From Octopus sinensis (lineage: Eukaryota): a stretch of DNA of 64,000 nt. Position numbers and translations under genes: made by a program. Location: assembly GCF_006345805.1 (NCBI RefSeq), contig NC_043005.1, positions 27,838,001 to 27,902,000 on the forward strand, written 5' to 3'. Shown here one piece after another: positions 1 through 21,700 of the stretch. Below the pieces are notes generated by a model, which saw nothing but the letters and a program-made list of their open reading frames with translations, searched no databases and was not told the origin of the DNA. The first letter of the stretch is position 1, and each line of letters opens with the position of its first letter.

Positions 1-62
1 GAATCTATATATATATATTATATAGCAATCTATATTTCTTTTACATGAGAATATATGTATTT

Positions 63-118
<56 letters not shown>

Positions 119-565
119 TCATCATCATCATCATTATCATCGTTTAACGTCCGTTTTCCGCGTTAGCACGGGTTGGACGGTTTGTGTGTGAGCGTGCGTG
201 TTTGTGTGTCATTTGAAGAAGGATGCACTCTACTAAAATGGTTCCTTACTTTCTTAGGAATTCACTCCACTGAAGTAAAGTATTTAGTGGTGCCCACCAC
301 CACCAAACAGTTTACAAGGAAAGAAAATAGACATAATATAGAATGTTGTATGTCATATTTCCATCTTCAGGAAGATTGATGATAGATAGGGACCAAGAAG
401 TGGAATCGGTAGATGGAATAGAGTAGTGTTACAGGTAGTTTAGCTTAAGTAAACTGGAGGATGGGGCAGAGAGATGAGTGTTTGACATTAGTTAAGGGGA
501 GGACAGGTCAGAGGTTGATGGATTTGTCATTTTGGCTGATGACAATACCGTCCAATTGGCATTTG

Positions 566-1027
566 TGCCAGTGGCATGTAAAAAGCACTATTTGAGCGTG
601 ATCGTTGCCAGTGCCACCTGATTGGCTCCCATCCCAGTGGCACATAAAAAGCACCATTCCAATGTGGTCGATACCAGTGATAGCTGACTGGCTCTCATGC
701 CAACTGTACATAAAAAGTACCATTCGAGCGTGGTGGTTGCCAGTGCTGCCTGTCTGGCTCCTATGCTGGTGGCATGTAAAAAGCACCGTCCAAGCATGGC
801 TGATGCCAGTGCTGCCTGACTGGCCCTCGTTCCGGTGACATTTAAAAAGCACCCACTACATTCTTGGAGTGGTTAGCGTTAGGAAGGGCATCTAGCTGTA
901 GAAACTTTGCCAGATCAGATTGGAGCCTGATGCAACCTTCTGGCTCACCAGCCCTCAGTCAAACCGTCCAACCTATGCCAGGATGGGAAGCGGACGTTAA
1001 ACGATGATGATGATGATGATGATGATG
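566..1027 (+). mobile_element. SINE-like element with 66-bp tandem 5' units and (GAT)n tail
   Basis: TAAAAAGYAC recurs at 579, 645, 711, 777, 843 (period 66), followed by the common body AGGAAGGGCATC...CCAACCYATGCCAG and an ATG/GAT tail. Further copies near 8385-8685(-), 19220-19670, 28245-28480(-), 33140-33435, 37660-37905, 40955-41125, 47585-47900, 50165-50420, 51400-51680, 55535-55710, 62560-62900, 63420-63690. Confidence 0.8.
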
Positions 1028-1177
1028 AAAGAAGAGGGTGAGAGACAATTTAATAGTAAATTAACAGTGAGGGTGGTTAAGGTTGAGGTAAAGTAGAGAT
1101 GGTGAAGGTGATTAAGGTATAGATAATTGACAACTGTCAGATTTTAATCATTGAAAGTAATTGTAAAATGTACATAC

Positions 1178-10096
<8,919 letters not shown>

Positions 10097-10148
10097 TGTG
10101 ACGACCAGGGATGACCGGTGGACGTACCACAGTCTTGTTGCTGCAGGC

Positions 10149-10192
10149 TTTTATAGGTCTTGGTTAATGCTGTACATTTTGGTCACATGACT
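10149..10192 (-). promoter_or_regulatory. Core promoter of the vitellogenin-like gene: TATA box plus upstream GGTCACATGACT element
   Basis: Minus-strand CTATAAAAG (TATAAAA at 10149-10155) lies 53 nt upstream of the ATG. GGTCA-CA-TGACT at 10181-10192 contains E-box CACATG. Confidence 0.62.
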
Positions 10193-10859
10193 GACTATGC
10201 AGCAGGCAGCATGCAGCAAAAAAGCTTGCAGCAAAGTTTGCGAATTCCCAAAGAATTTGAACTGTCACAAAATATTGTCATTTGTCTACGAGGATTTAGT
10301 TTGTTAAACAAATGACAGATGTCAAATTATTTACAGGAATTTGTCAATTGAGGTGAAAGAAAAATTCCAATCAGAAAACAAGAAATGTTTTCATTCATGT
10401 AAGAATGGAATGCTTCCACAGCAAGATTTTTGTCCTTCCTCTAAAAATGTTTATGATTTCTCTCTTGTTTTTCCATTTTTTGGCAGTTATTATAAACAAA
10501 TTGCAACTGGTTACTTCCTTGAGCACAGAATTAAATTTAAACAAAAACAGAATATATAAAAATAACAAAAAAAAAAACTAATATAAATCACACAAACTGA
10601 TTGTTAACTTTTAAACAGAAGGTGAAATACTTCCCTCCCCCAAAAAATGATTTTAATCTGTAGAGATGAGAGGTTGCTATCAACTATGTGACAAATTTGA
10701 AAGGTCAAATGGTGAAGAAAAGAAATGGCTTTAACATAAAAGTTAACTTTTCACTTTGAATCATTTCAGACATGTTTCTTTCTAGATTTTTGAATTCTCA
10801 ACAAGTCATTAAATATTTTAATTAATCAACTAATTAGCTCTTATTCATATTCTTTTATT

Positions 10860-11233
10860 CTGTTATTTGTTTCAGTCATTTGACTGCAGCCATGCTGGAG
10901 CATAGCCTTTAGTTGAGGAAACTGACCCCGAGACTTATTCTTTGTAAGCCTAACTTATTCTATCGGTATCTCTTACCAAACCGCTAAGTAATGGGGATGT
11001 AAACACACCAGCATCGGTTGTCAAGTGATGGGGGGGGGGGACAAACATATACACACACACACATACACATATGATGAGCTTCTTTCAGTTTCTGTCTACC
11101 AAATCCACTCACAAGGCTTTAGTTGGCCCAAGGCTATAGTAGAAGACACTTGCCCAAGGTGCCATGCAGTGGGACTGAACCCAGAACCATGTAGTTGGTA
11201 AGCAAGCTACTTACCACACAGCCACTCCTGCAC
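10860..11233 (-). mobile_element. tRNA-derived SINE (abundant family)
   Basis: Head GGAGTGGCTGTGTGGTAAGTAGCTTG...GGTTCAGTCCC, internal CA/TA microsatellite, tail CCAGCATGGCTGCAGTCAAATGACTGAAAC. Other copies near 21370-21720, 25480-25810, 26710-26925 plus 28053-28225, 31545-31745, 32275-32430, 33490-33870, 41450-41710, 48935-49330, 62985-63385. Confidence 0.8.
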
Positions 11234-12049
11234 CTGTTAATGTGAACTTTATGACATGAAGTCATTAAGAGACAGCAAAGTTTGATTTACAAAAATCTTT
11301 ACAGAAGAATAAGATAAAAATCAGGAAACTTGGTATTTAATCTTTATATTGAAAGCATTTTTTCTACATTTTCCATTAAAAAATGAGATTGTTTTTTACA
11401 GCTGAATGATTTTTCTTGCTGTTAAGCATTCAGATGTGAAGTAAGAAGAAACTTACTGTCAGCCAGGTAAACTGAGGCATTCACAGTTACTTTCCTTTTC
11501 TCTAGAAATGCCACACAATATCTTTTTATGTAGGTGGGTTTGTTAAAAGCCCCAGGACTCAAAGGCCATAGTTTAACCTGCTTTCCATGGCATATAAGTA
11601 ACTGAGGCTACAACACTCTCCCCTGGGTGGGATGTCAGCCCATTGTAGGGTCAACTTCCTTGCTATTGCTTGAGCCTTTTTACAGCTGAATGGATTGAGC
11701 AACATGAAATAAAGTATTTTGCTGAGGGACACAATCCACTGCCCAGTCTGTGTTGATATAAAACCAGTGTTGATATAAAAAGGTGAATATTCCAGCGCCT
11801 TAACCTCACAACCCAGTGACTATATTTCTGAGACTGCAGACCCTAAACCTAACCCAAACCCTAACACCTTTCTCCTTGAATCAACTCTGAAATACACTGA
11901 AATCCTTTAAAACTAACAAATATTTTCAATGTTTAAAGTACAAATTCAATGGAATACTGCCAAATGTAATGTTAGAAGCTGGAATTTTCACAGGATCACA
12001 GATCTATAGTGTCAGCTGTGATTCACCATTTTCTCTAAAGTAAATGATA

Positions 12050-12360
12050 TGGAACATGGATATCTTTTGCTGAAGCTGTTAAAAATAGGATACCTCAATT
12101 CTGAAATCAACTGATAACTGGTTGATAACAAGCTGGAATCTTAAGAAAGAATGGGATGTAGAATGTTTATTAAAATTAAGTTTTTACCTAATCATTGTCG
12201 TTTGTCTACCGTTCTTGGGGTTGTAAGCAATGAACTTGGTGAGCATTTCCAGCAGCAGATTTCTGATGTGGAAATCAAATATCAAAGGATTTTCACCCAA
12301 AATATTTTGGCTGATTGTTATTGGTTCCTTCATAAAGAGAGGTCTCTGTTCCACAAATAA
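12050..12360 (+). pseudogene. DNA transposase remnant (probably CMC/Chapaev3-like)
   Basis: MGCRMFIKIKFL...LGVVSNELGEHFQQQISDVEIKYQ...ILADCYW resembles the recalled motif GCNMSLKIHFL..LGAVSDEHGERFHQDI..MEKRYQ..MLADYCW. Superfamily name is from memory. Confidence 0.5.
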
Positions 12361-13199
12361 TGAAAGTAGAGACTACAGCAAGGTTTTACTTCACAATAAC
12401 AATTTGTCTCTTAGTTGCGATAACTTAACGTTATCTTTGAGGATGGTTAAACACTGGATGGATAACTCTATGAGTGAAACTCTACTGTTTGCTCTATGCC
12501 AAAACAAATGAGAAAAGGTTGCGTTAATATTATTTAATCATAACTAACATAGAACTTGGAGCAAAGAGGTAACATGGTATGTCTACTCAATGGAAGCCAA
12601 AAATGGGAAAGGAAAAAGAAGAGTGACTTTGGTTACACAAAATCCGGACATATTAGAGACATTTAACTATCAGATATGAATTCAATAGGAAATGGTAATT
12701 CTCATTTCTGTAACAGAAGAAAACTTAAATTTGTTGTCTTGTATAATTAATCTGCTATAATCACTTTTGTCACGGAGAGTAATTAAATAATATGAGGTTT
12801 ATTATAAGCTATCAAGTGGTATGTTTGGTAAAATCCATGGTATTTTCACCTTTGAAACAAATAGAGACTTCAAATAGAGCATCAAAGAGCATTTCCTTGA
12901 AGTGGTTGGGATTTGGTGGCTAGACAGATGTAAAGGAACATTATTTACATTATTTACATTTGATGGATATTTGTCCTCATCTTTGTTGTTAACACAACGT
13001 TTCGGCTGATATACCCACCATGTAAAACCTTGTGTTAACAACAAACAAGATGAGGACAAATATCCATCAAATGTAAATAAGGTAAATAATGTACATAATT
13101 CCTCATCTCTTAACTATAGAGCTATATTATCTAATTGGTACGGAGCTGACATTAGTCTTCAATGGAGACATATAGAGAAACTCCATCAAAAACTAGCCC

Positions 13200-13468
13200 A
13201 CAGGCATATGGTGTAGTGGTTAAGAGCACGGGCCACTAACGCCAAGATTCCGATTTCGATTCCAAGCAGTAACCTGAATAATAATAATACTAATGATAAT
13301 AACATTGAAAAATACCTTAGGAATGAGAACCCAGGTTCGAAATTTCCCCAAGACACCCGATGAAGGCTGGAGTGCATATCAGCCGAAACGTGCTAACAAC
13401 AAACAAGATGAGGACAAATATCCGTCAAATGTAAATAATGTACATAATTAATCTCTTAAATTTAGAAC
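13200..13468 (+). mobile_element. tRNA-headed SINE-like element with hammerhead-like motif
   Basis: A-box TGGTGTAGTGG 13209-13219, B-box-like GATTTCGATTCC 13252-13263, then CCGATGA-A-GGCTG...CAGCC-GAAAC at 13357-13389. Inverted partial copies lie at 12935-13120. Confidence 0.62.
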
Positions 13469-14164
13469 TGTAGACATAAAGAAAGTTTACTACATTACTG
13501 AGCCTCCAATAATTTTAGGTATCCTGAGAGTCTGTGATAAACTGTCCCTCAAAATGCTCCATACAGGTGATATTTATTACTTATACTGAATAAATTATTG
13601 GTATACCTTACAATATTTCTAGCAGTGATGTCTTGTTCCTGTATCACCAACCTTGTCACTTCTGTTACTCCATTCAAGCTAGATATGTGTATTCAGACCA
13701 AAGATATATGTGAGAAACCCAATTCATGAAAATGTTGGCCACATAAAGGCAGACTTCTATGGTTTTTTATTATAATTGATTAATATGCCATCAGTATGTC
13801 TGTTTTTACTGACATACTAAATTGTTAGCATATCAGGTGAAATGCTTTGCAGCTTTTGTCCATCTATACATTCTGAGTTCAAATTCTGCTGATATCAGCT
13901 TGGTCTTTCATCCTTTCAGGGTTAATAAAATTAGTACGAGTTATGCACTGAGGTTGATATAATCAACTTACCCCTTCACCTGAATTTGCTGGTCTTGAGC
14001 TAAAATTTGAAACCATTGTTATTATTTTGATTTGGCTCAGGTTTGGTCTTATTCCTGGTAGGATTTGTGTTTAGAACCCTCCTGGTAATCCTTACTATTA
14101 TTACTCCTTCATAACACAGTGTAGGTAAAAATGCACCAGAGTCTTTAGTCATCAGTCAAATCAC

Positions 14165-15000
14165 AACAAGGACCTCAGACAGATAATACTTTCCTCAAGA
14201 TGTGCGCTGTGCCCAATAAGGCTGCTTTTTGCAAGACATCAATCTTGCATGGGATTTCCAGTTGCCTTAAGAAATCTTGAATTTTCAATGGGATTGAACC
14301 CAACAATCTGATCACCACTGTTATCACTTTTACATTACCCTCACGCTCTCCATACAGTCTTGCCACATTCACTTTCAATTTGGAATAATTGGTGATTTTT
14401 TTCAACCTCTTTACTCACAACAATCATGTCATTTGGTATGGCTACATCAATAATCTGACAGTATTTGCCTCTCTTATTCAATATGACACTATCCGGCTGA
14501 CGGTGTTCGATTACATGATCCATTTGAAAATCATAGTCCCAGAGTATCGTTACCTTTCTATCCTCCTGCATAACTTTACTTGGTACATGGTCATACCAGT
14601 TCTCTGTTATTTCATATTGATATTTATGGCATAAGAACCAATGAAGATACACACAGACTTTATTGTGGTGACGTTCATAATCTTTTTGTGCAAGGCTCTC
14701 ACATCCACTTACCCAGTGGGCCACATTTTCCACACTCTTTCCACAGAGTCTGCATTTCTGGGTGTCAGAAGTTTTATAGATGTTTTACTTCACTGAATTG
14801 GTAGCAAGAGCCTGATCTTGTGCAGCAATGATCAGTGGTACACTTCAAATCACTTTGTTCAAGCCATGCCCACGATGCTGTATTAACCTTAACATCTGGT
14901 GTACTCCTTTTAAACTGTTCATGTATTCTCATTTCAAGAAGATTTTATTTTCTCTTCTCCTCAGCTCTTTCGTTAAACTCTTCCTTGCTCATCATTTCAT
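14165..15000 (-). mobile_element. R4/Dong-clade non-LTR retrotransposon C-terminal (CCHC + restriction-like endonuclease) fragment
   Basis: ENVAHWVSGC...YERHHNKV...ILWDYDFQMD..IEHRQPD...CQIIDVAIPND and LQKAALLGTAHILRKVL, frameshifted. Similar fragments at about 15480-15845(-), 38990-39300(+) and RT piece 50690-51100(+). Confidence 0.8.
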
Positions 15001-15004
15001 CTGC

Positions 15005-15035
<31 letters not shown>

Positions 15036-15848
15036 TATTATTATTTACTTTTAATCAGCACAATCTTTTGGATTTCTCTGAGGCATGGTTCTCCTGGGAT
15101 ATTATCTAGATATTTCTGACATCCCTTTCTTATCATACCTAGGGCACCCTCAATAACAGGAACAACTCTTGCTTTAAGATGACACATCTTTTATATTTCA
15201 ATTTCCAGGTCCTTATATTTACTTGATATGTAAAATTCCTTTACAGATATATTTTTTATCAGTGGGAACACTTACATCTATTGGTCTGCAAGTATTTTCT
15301 TCTCTGTCTTTAATGACTATGTCTGGTCGATTATTATTATTATTATTTTCCAATGGATTTGTAATGTATTACATTTTCCAACCAGATCTGAACTAGAGAC
15401 TTAATGCAGGTATATATAAGATGAATATGGCCAGTTGATGTCGACAATTTTTTGAGTCTCATAGATTGTTGGTTCCCCAGGGATTTGGTCAAAATATTTG
15501 CTGTTACCTTTTTTGATCATTCACAGGGCACCTACAACAACGGGGATAGTTTTGGTTTTTAATTGCCATGCCCTAGATATCTCACTCTAAAGGTCCTTAT
15601 ATTTCGGCAATTTTTCAATTTCTTTTGCTGAGATATTTCTTTCAGTAGCCACTGTCATGTCAATTAACAGTCATGTTTTTTGTTTTAAGTCTTTGATGAC
15701 GATGTCTGTTCTGTTATCATTTATTTGCCAGTCTGTATTGCCCATGCAACGGTTTTTCTTGCCACAGTCTTGATATTTCCTTCATGCTTTCCTGTTTGGC
15801 TTTTGTTTTACACTTTTTTGCTGCCTTAGTGAGTGGTATGTACTCCTT

Positions 15849-15896
<48 letters not shown>

Positions 15897-15982
15897 TTAA
15901 TCAGGGAAGTTAAGTTTTATATGCCTCCTTTCAGACTGAGTGCAGCCTGTGCATTATTATTATTATTATCATTATTAAGAAA

Positions 15983-16059
<77 letters not shown>

Positions 16060-18746
16060 CAAAATATATTTTAAATTGTATGGTGCCTCAACTTAAGTAC
16101 CTTATTCATCTGAATCTAAGTTTTTACTGAACTCTTACATATATATATATATATATATATATAGTTGAAATTTACAGAAAAACAAAAGACAAAAACAGAT
16201 GTATCAGTTTGACACTCAGGAAGGTGAGAAAGTCTTTTGCATTTCGAACCTATGCTCTTCAACAGAAAGGCGCGTAAAGAAATAAACAGAAAGAGAATAA
16301 AAAACTTTTGGAGATAGCAGTCAATCATGATGTGTGTGTGTATACATACATACATACATGTGTGTGTGTCTGGGTGTCTAAACAAATTACTTTTTTATTT
16401 AATTCAGGGGATGATAGGTTCAAACAAGCTGTGTCCAATCACTTTGAATAAAGTACTCAACGAGATAAGTAAGGATTAATAAACATTTAATCCATAACCA
16501 TTAGTTTAACAAAATATATTTTGTTTCACCTATGGCTAGCTAAGCTTGAACTTGTCTCCAAGCTGTAATCAGTCAACTTAATTATAGTCGTCTGAATTAG
16601 CTTAAATGTTAATGAAGGTAGCAATCCATCTGAACATTTCTGCCCAAGAAGTATTACTATCCTATCCCAGAAAATGATATTTCACTCATCCGCCTCATAT
16701 CATCAGTATGGCAAAACTGCTGTGTCCTGTACCATATCAGATTTTCAGACGTATAACTAAGCAAAAAGCTAGAGTCTCAATTCAATAGAAACTTGATGAC
16801 AAGTTAACACAATTCAGTTTTGCTTGTTCTGCAGTAATTAATAGAATTTGAATGCATTAATTAGCTATAGGACCAATTAAAGCTCATACTGATCAGTGTT
16901 CCCAGACTATAATAATTTTGAGAAGGAAACAAATAATGGAAATATTTGATGTGTTGAGCATAGTGCAATGGAAATATTCGCATTTTGAAGAAGGAGTTTT
17001 TCGCCCACGATGACTTGTTTCAAACTACATTAAAAGATAGTCGTTTTCAGGTTTAGAATGAGTAAATTAAAGCTTTCCTTCAAGGGAAATAACTCATAAT
17101 AGACCAGATACTTACGGTTCAAGGGATTTAATTCTTATTGCTAAATCGATTAATTGAAGTTGATTTGATATGTAGAAACGATTCGGTGATATCTATAGTA
17201 CATGCATTGTATGTATGTATGTATGTATGTGTGTATTTCGCCAGACGAAATGCCGCTAAGTATTTCGCCCGGCGCGCTAACGTTTCTGCCAGCTAATTAA
17301 TAAATCACTCACACAGTATTAAAGGGAGGTAACTAACATAAGCCACTCTCCAATGTTGTGAGGTTCCAGGTTTGTGTTTGTTTAAATTATTTCTGTATTT
17401 ATTTCTCTGTTTTTGTTTTCCGAAGTAAATTTACGCAAAAGCAGTGAATATTGTTTATTGAACATGGCAGTAGATTTAAAGACATATTTCTAAACATTTC
17501 TAGCCATGAATATCTGAAATTAACCAAGTTGTTAATGTAAGCATTTCTTCCAGTTCCTGTAATTTTCTGTTTTTCTTTTGTTCGAATGAATGAAACAAGA
17601 TTTTTCTTTACATCGACCCAGTATCTCAGATGGAGAATTATTGTTAGACTGTGTGATGTTCATGCCTTTCTCAACGACGATACAAATTAGACATAAATGA
17701 AGTAAAGGGATTCCAACGGAGGAACTGAAATAATATCAGACTCAACACTTTCTCTCAAACTTCGATCAGTCTCATAAAATTTCCAATAATTGATATTTAT
17801 ATAAAGTGATTTAAAACTCTTCATAAGCTTTTTACCCATTGACTTCGTGCATTTCGCCTTTTTACCTCCTTACGTACTAAAATACAGAAATAGTAGATCT
17901 TCATATATATTTCCACCATATTTACTCGTTTATAAGTCACGCCTCTAATTAAGTGTTAAATATTTATTTGTTTATAAATTTTGTATATTTTATAATAAGC
18001 TGCGATCAGGAATAAATTATTTATTCCATGGCATGGAAACCTTCACCTCTAGAGAGTATATTAACCCTAGTTGAGAGTTACCGATATTAAGGAATTACAT
18101 CATAAATAAATATTGGAGGCTGGTTTTAAGATTCCACCATAGTTTAATTTGCTTAAATGTGTTAATTGAAAGCTATATCAGTTAAGAGAAAGCTATGAAT
18201 CTGGTCAAGTGTTAAGCTGAGACCAAGTTTTAAACAGAGGTCTTAGGTTTACATGTATTTCCTTTCTACTTGTGTATCTGTTCTTTCTCTAAATATAATC
18301 TACCTCGCCTTGAACTTTCTTTTTCTCTCTCTCTTGTGTGTGTGTATATATATATATGAGAGTGTGTGAGTATAACACATGGCTTTAATATTCAAAATAT
18401 GTTTCATGAAATGTTATATTTGACAATAACATATTTGTTCATTCTTAATATATTATTCTGACAGATGAGAGCATGGATATTTCATTGATGTGATTTTATG
18501 TTCTTGGAGGACATATCCTCCCATTAGACTACAGGAGTTCATAACACATCACATAAAGAGCAAAGTTGTTTTCCAATGAAGGAAAGCAAAAATGATGAGA
18601 TATTCATGCAGAACATCTTAATACATTATTGTGTGGACTCTTGCTGTTCTGGCTGTTTATTCAACTGTACCCCATGAATTTATATCGTATTTAACGACTT
18701 GTTGCACATATTTTTTTTCTTCTTACAGAAATCTGTGATTGTTAGA

Positions 18747-21700
18747 ATGGTACAAAAAAACACCGTTGCCTGTTTGTTCTTGATCATCACACTTCTACAA
18801 CTCATTCTTCAGACTTCTTCAAAAGAATATGTCTTCAGACAGTATAAATTCAGGAAAAAGCGAGATGTATGTATTTAAAATAAACCATTGCCTTTCTAAC
18901 TTTGGGTGAGCAACAGTAAAATGTAGGGGGAACAGCAGATTATAGGAATGGTGTACATCATAACAAACCAGATACTGTATGGTTTTGCATGTTTGTGAAG
19001 CTGGCCAATGAGGAAATAAATACCAGTAATATAACAAGGGTTTTTCAATTTACTGAAGTTCTTGCTTTCTACTAACTTGCTGTGCTGCACTTAAATCTAT
19101 CAAAGGGTACATATTTTGTCAACCTTGGTAGGACAAAAGGCAAAGATCATCTCAGATTTAAACTTGGGACATAAACAAATCCAAACAGTTTATCTGATTT
19201 TCTACTAACAATAAATGAAATCGAAATCAAATTCGATTACTAGAATCCGTGCTAGTGGAGCACTAAGAGTACCATCCGAGCGTGATTGTTGCCAGAGGAA
19301 CAAGCTGGCCTCCATGCCGATGGCACGTAAAAAGCACCATTCGAGCGTGATCATTACCTGCGTCGCCTTACTGGCACATGAAAAGAACATTCAAGCAAGG
19401 TCGTTGCCAGTGCTGTGGGACTAGTTCCTGTGCAGGTTACACATAAAAAGCATCATTTGAGCATGGCCTTCACCAGTACCGTCTGACTGGCCCTCGTGCC
19501 TGTGGCATGTAAAAGCACCCACTACACTCTAAAAGTGGTTGGCATTAGGAAGGGCATCCAGCTGTAGAAACTCTGCCAGATCAGATTGGAGTCTGGTGCA
19601 GCCATCTGGTTCGCCAGACCTCGGTCAAATCGTCCAACCCATGCTAGCATGGAAAGCGGACATCCTAAAGTCCCAATAGACATCCCTCTCTTTTGCCAAA
19701 AACTTCTCACACATCTGCTTTACTGCAAATATTTGATCTGCTCACTCCCTTCCACTCTTAAAACCACACTGTTCCCCTCCTAGTACACTCTCTGTCTGGT
19801 TCCTTACCTGAACAACCAGAATTCTCCCATACAGTTTACCAACCACACACAAAAGACTTAGACTCCTAAAATTTCCACACTCACATTTATCCCCTTTTCT
19901 CTTGTACAGTGGCACTATACAGGCACTGCACCAGTCCTTTGGTACTCCTCTAGCCATATAACAAACATTCATGGGCATCACAAACCATTCAATCACTGTC
20001 ACTCCTTTCTTTAGGCATTCCACTGTACACCCATCTGTATCTGGTGCTTTCCAGTTTGCCATCTTCTGCAAGGATTCCCTTACCTCCTCCCTTCCAATTG
20101 CACCATAGTTCCATTCCCCAGTAACAGGCATTCTCTTCTCTCCTCCTACAGCCACTATACTTGCCTCCCTAGACAACTCCACATTTATTAAATCACTAAA
20201 ATACTCTGCCCATCTCCTTTGTAATATCTTCACTTCCTTTCAACAAATTTCTATTTACATCCTTCGCCTTTTCTTCAACCATCTTCCTTACCCTCTGTAC
20301 CTCTTTCCAAAACATCTTTTCATTTCTTACAAAATGTTCACTCAACTTTTTTCTGAACCTTTCATTTGCCTCCCCTTTCACTACCCTCACCACTCCCTTT
20401 ACTCTCCTCCTCACTTCTCAGTAGCAATCATAAGCCCCTCTATCCCTCTTCTGCAACCACTCTTCAAAGGTCCTTTTCTTCCTTGCCACCGCTTCCCTTA
20501 TCTGCTCATTCCACCACTCACTACCTTTCCTCACACCCATTCCAACCACTCTTGTGCCACATGCCTCAGAGGCACATCTCATTACTGCCTCTCTAAAGGC
20601 TTCCCACTCCTCCTCCACATCTCCCATCTCTTAACCTGTTCATATTCACCTCTCAGTTCCTCTACATACTCCTGCTCCTTCTCTCTCCTATCCAGTTCAC
20701 ACACCTTCACGACCTCGCTCCTCCTTGTCACTCATCTAGCATTCCATTTTGAGCATACTTTTAACTTACCCTGTACTAAGAAGTGATCTGAAACTCCTCC
20801 ACCTCTCTTTACATGTACATCCACCAACCTTCCTACCACTCTCTTATCAATTAATACACAATCCATCAAGGCCCTATCCACTACTGTTCCTCCCTCCACC
20901 CTCTGAACTTATTCTCCCACTTTTTGAAAAGACTATTCCCCACCACCAACTCCTGCTCCATACACATTTGCAACAACCTCCTTCCACTCTCATTCCAACC
21001 AAGAACTCCCCTATTTTCCTCCTACATTTCCTACTTCCTCATTTCCCACTCGTTCATTCAAATCACCCAACACCCCCGCATAGCCACTTTTCCCCACCCT
21101 ATCAACGCTTTAATGTTGTTTTTGTTGTTGTTTTGTCAGGACAAACACTATCGACATGCTAAAAGTCAGTGTGAGACGTCATCTCATTGCCAGAAGTTGC
21201 TTACACGTCCCTTGGATCACACCCGCTGTGTACGACTGTGTATTTCTGAGAAATGTTACAATGAATTGTATGGCCATGATGAAGTGAGTAGTTTTAAGTT
21301 TTGCTTTTGTTAAATTTGTACCTTGTGGAATTAATAGCATCATTCATCATCATCATCATCATCACTGAAAAAGTTTGATTGAGAAACTCGCTTCCCAACC
21401 ATGCTGTTTCGGGGTCAGTCCTACTGTGTGGCACATTGGACATGTGTCTTCTCCTATGGTCCTGGTCAAACCAAAACCTTGTGAGTGGATTTAATAGAAA
21501 GAAACTGAAAGAAGCTCATTGTATGTGTGTGTGTGTGTGTGTGTATCCTTGTTTTGATGCCCCATGAAGGTTGTGAGTGAGTGTCATTGTCATTCGTTTC
21601 CATCTGCCATGGGGAAATATTAGTTTGCTTGGAAACAGGTGAAGATTGGCAACAGGAAAGGCATCCAGCCATAGAGAATCTGCCTCAGTGAATTCTATCT

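Noticed and set aside
566-850. Regularly spaced repeats that could be mistaken for a CRISPR array
   Set aside because: Whole 66-bp units are homologous with no unique spacers, the context is a eukaryotic SINE, and there are no cas genes.
13200-13270. Possible genuine tRNA gene
   Set aside because: No intact cloverleaf or oligo-T terminator; it continues into a repeat body, so it is treated as a SINE head.
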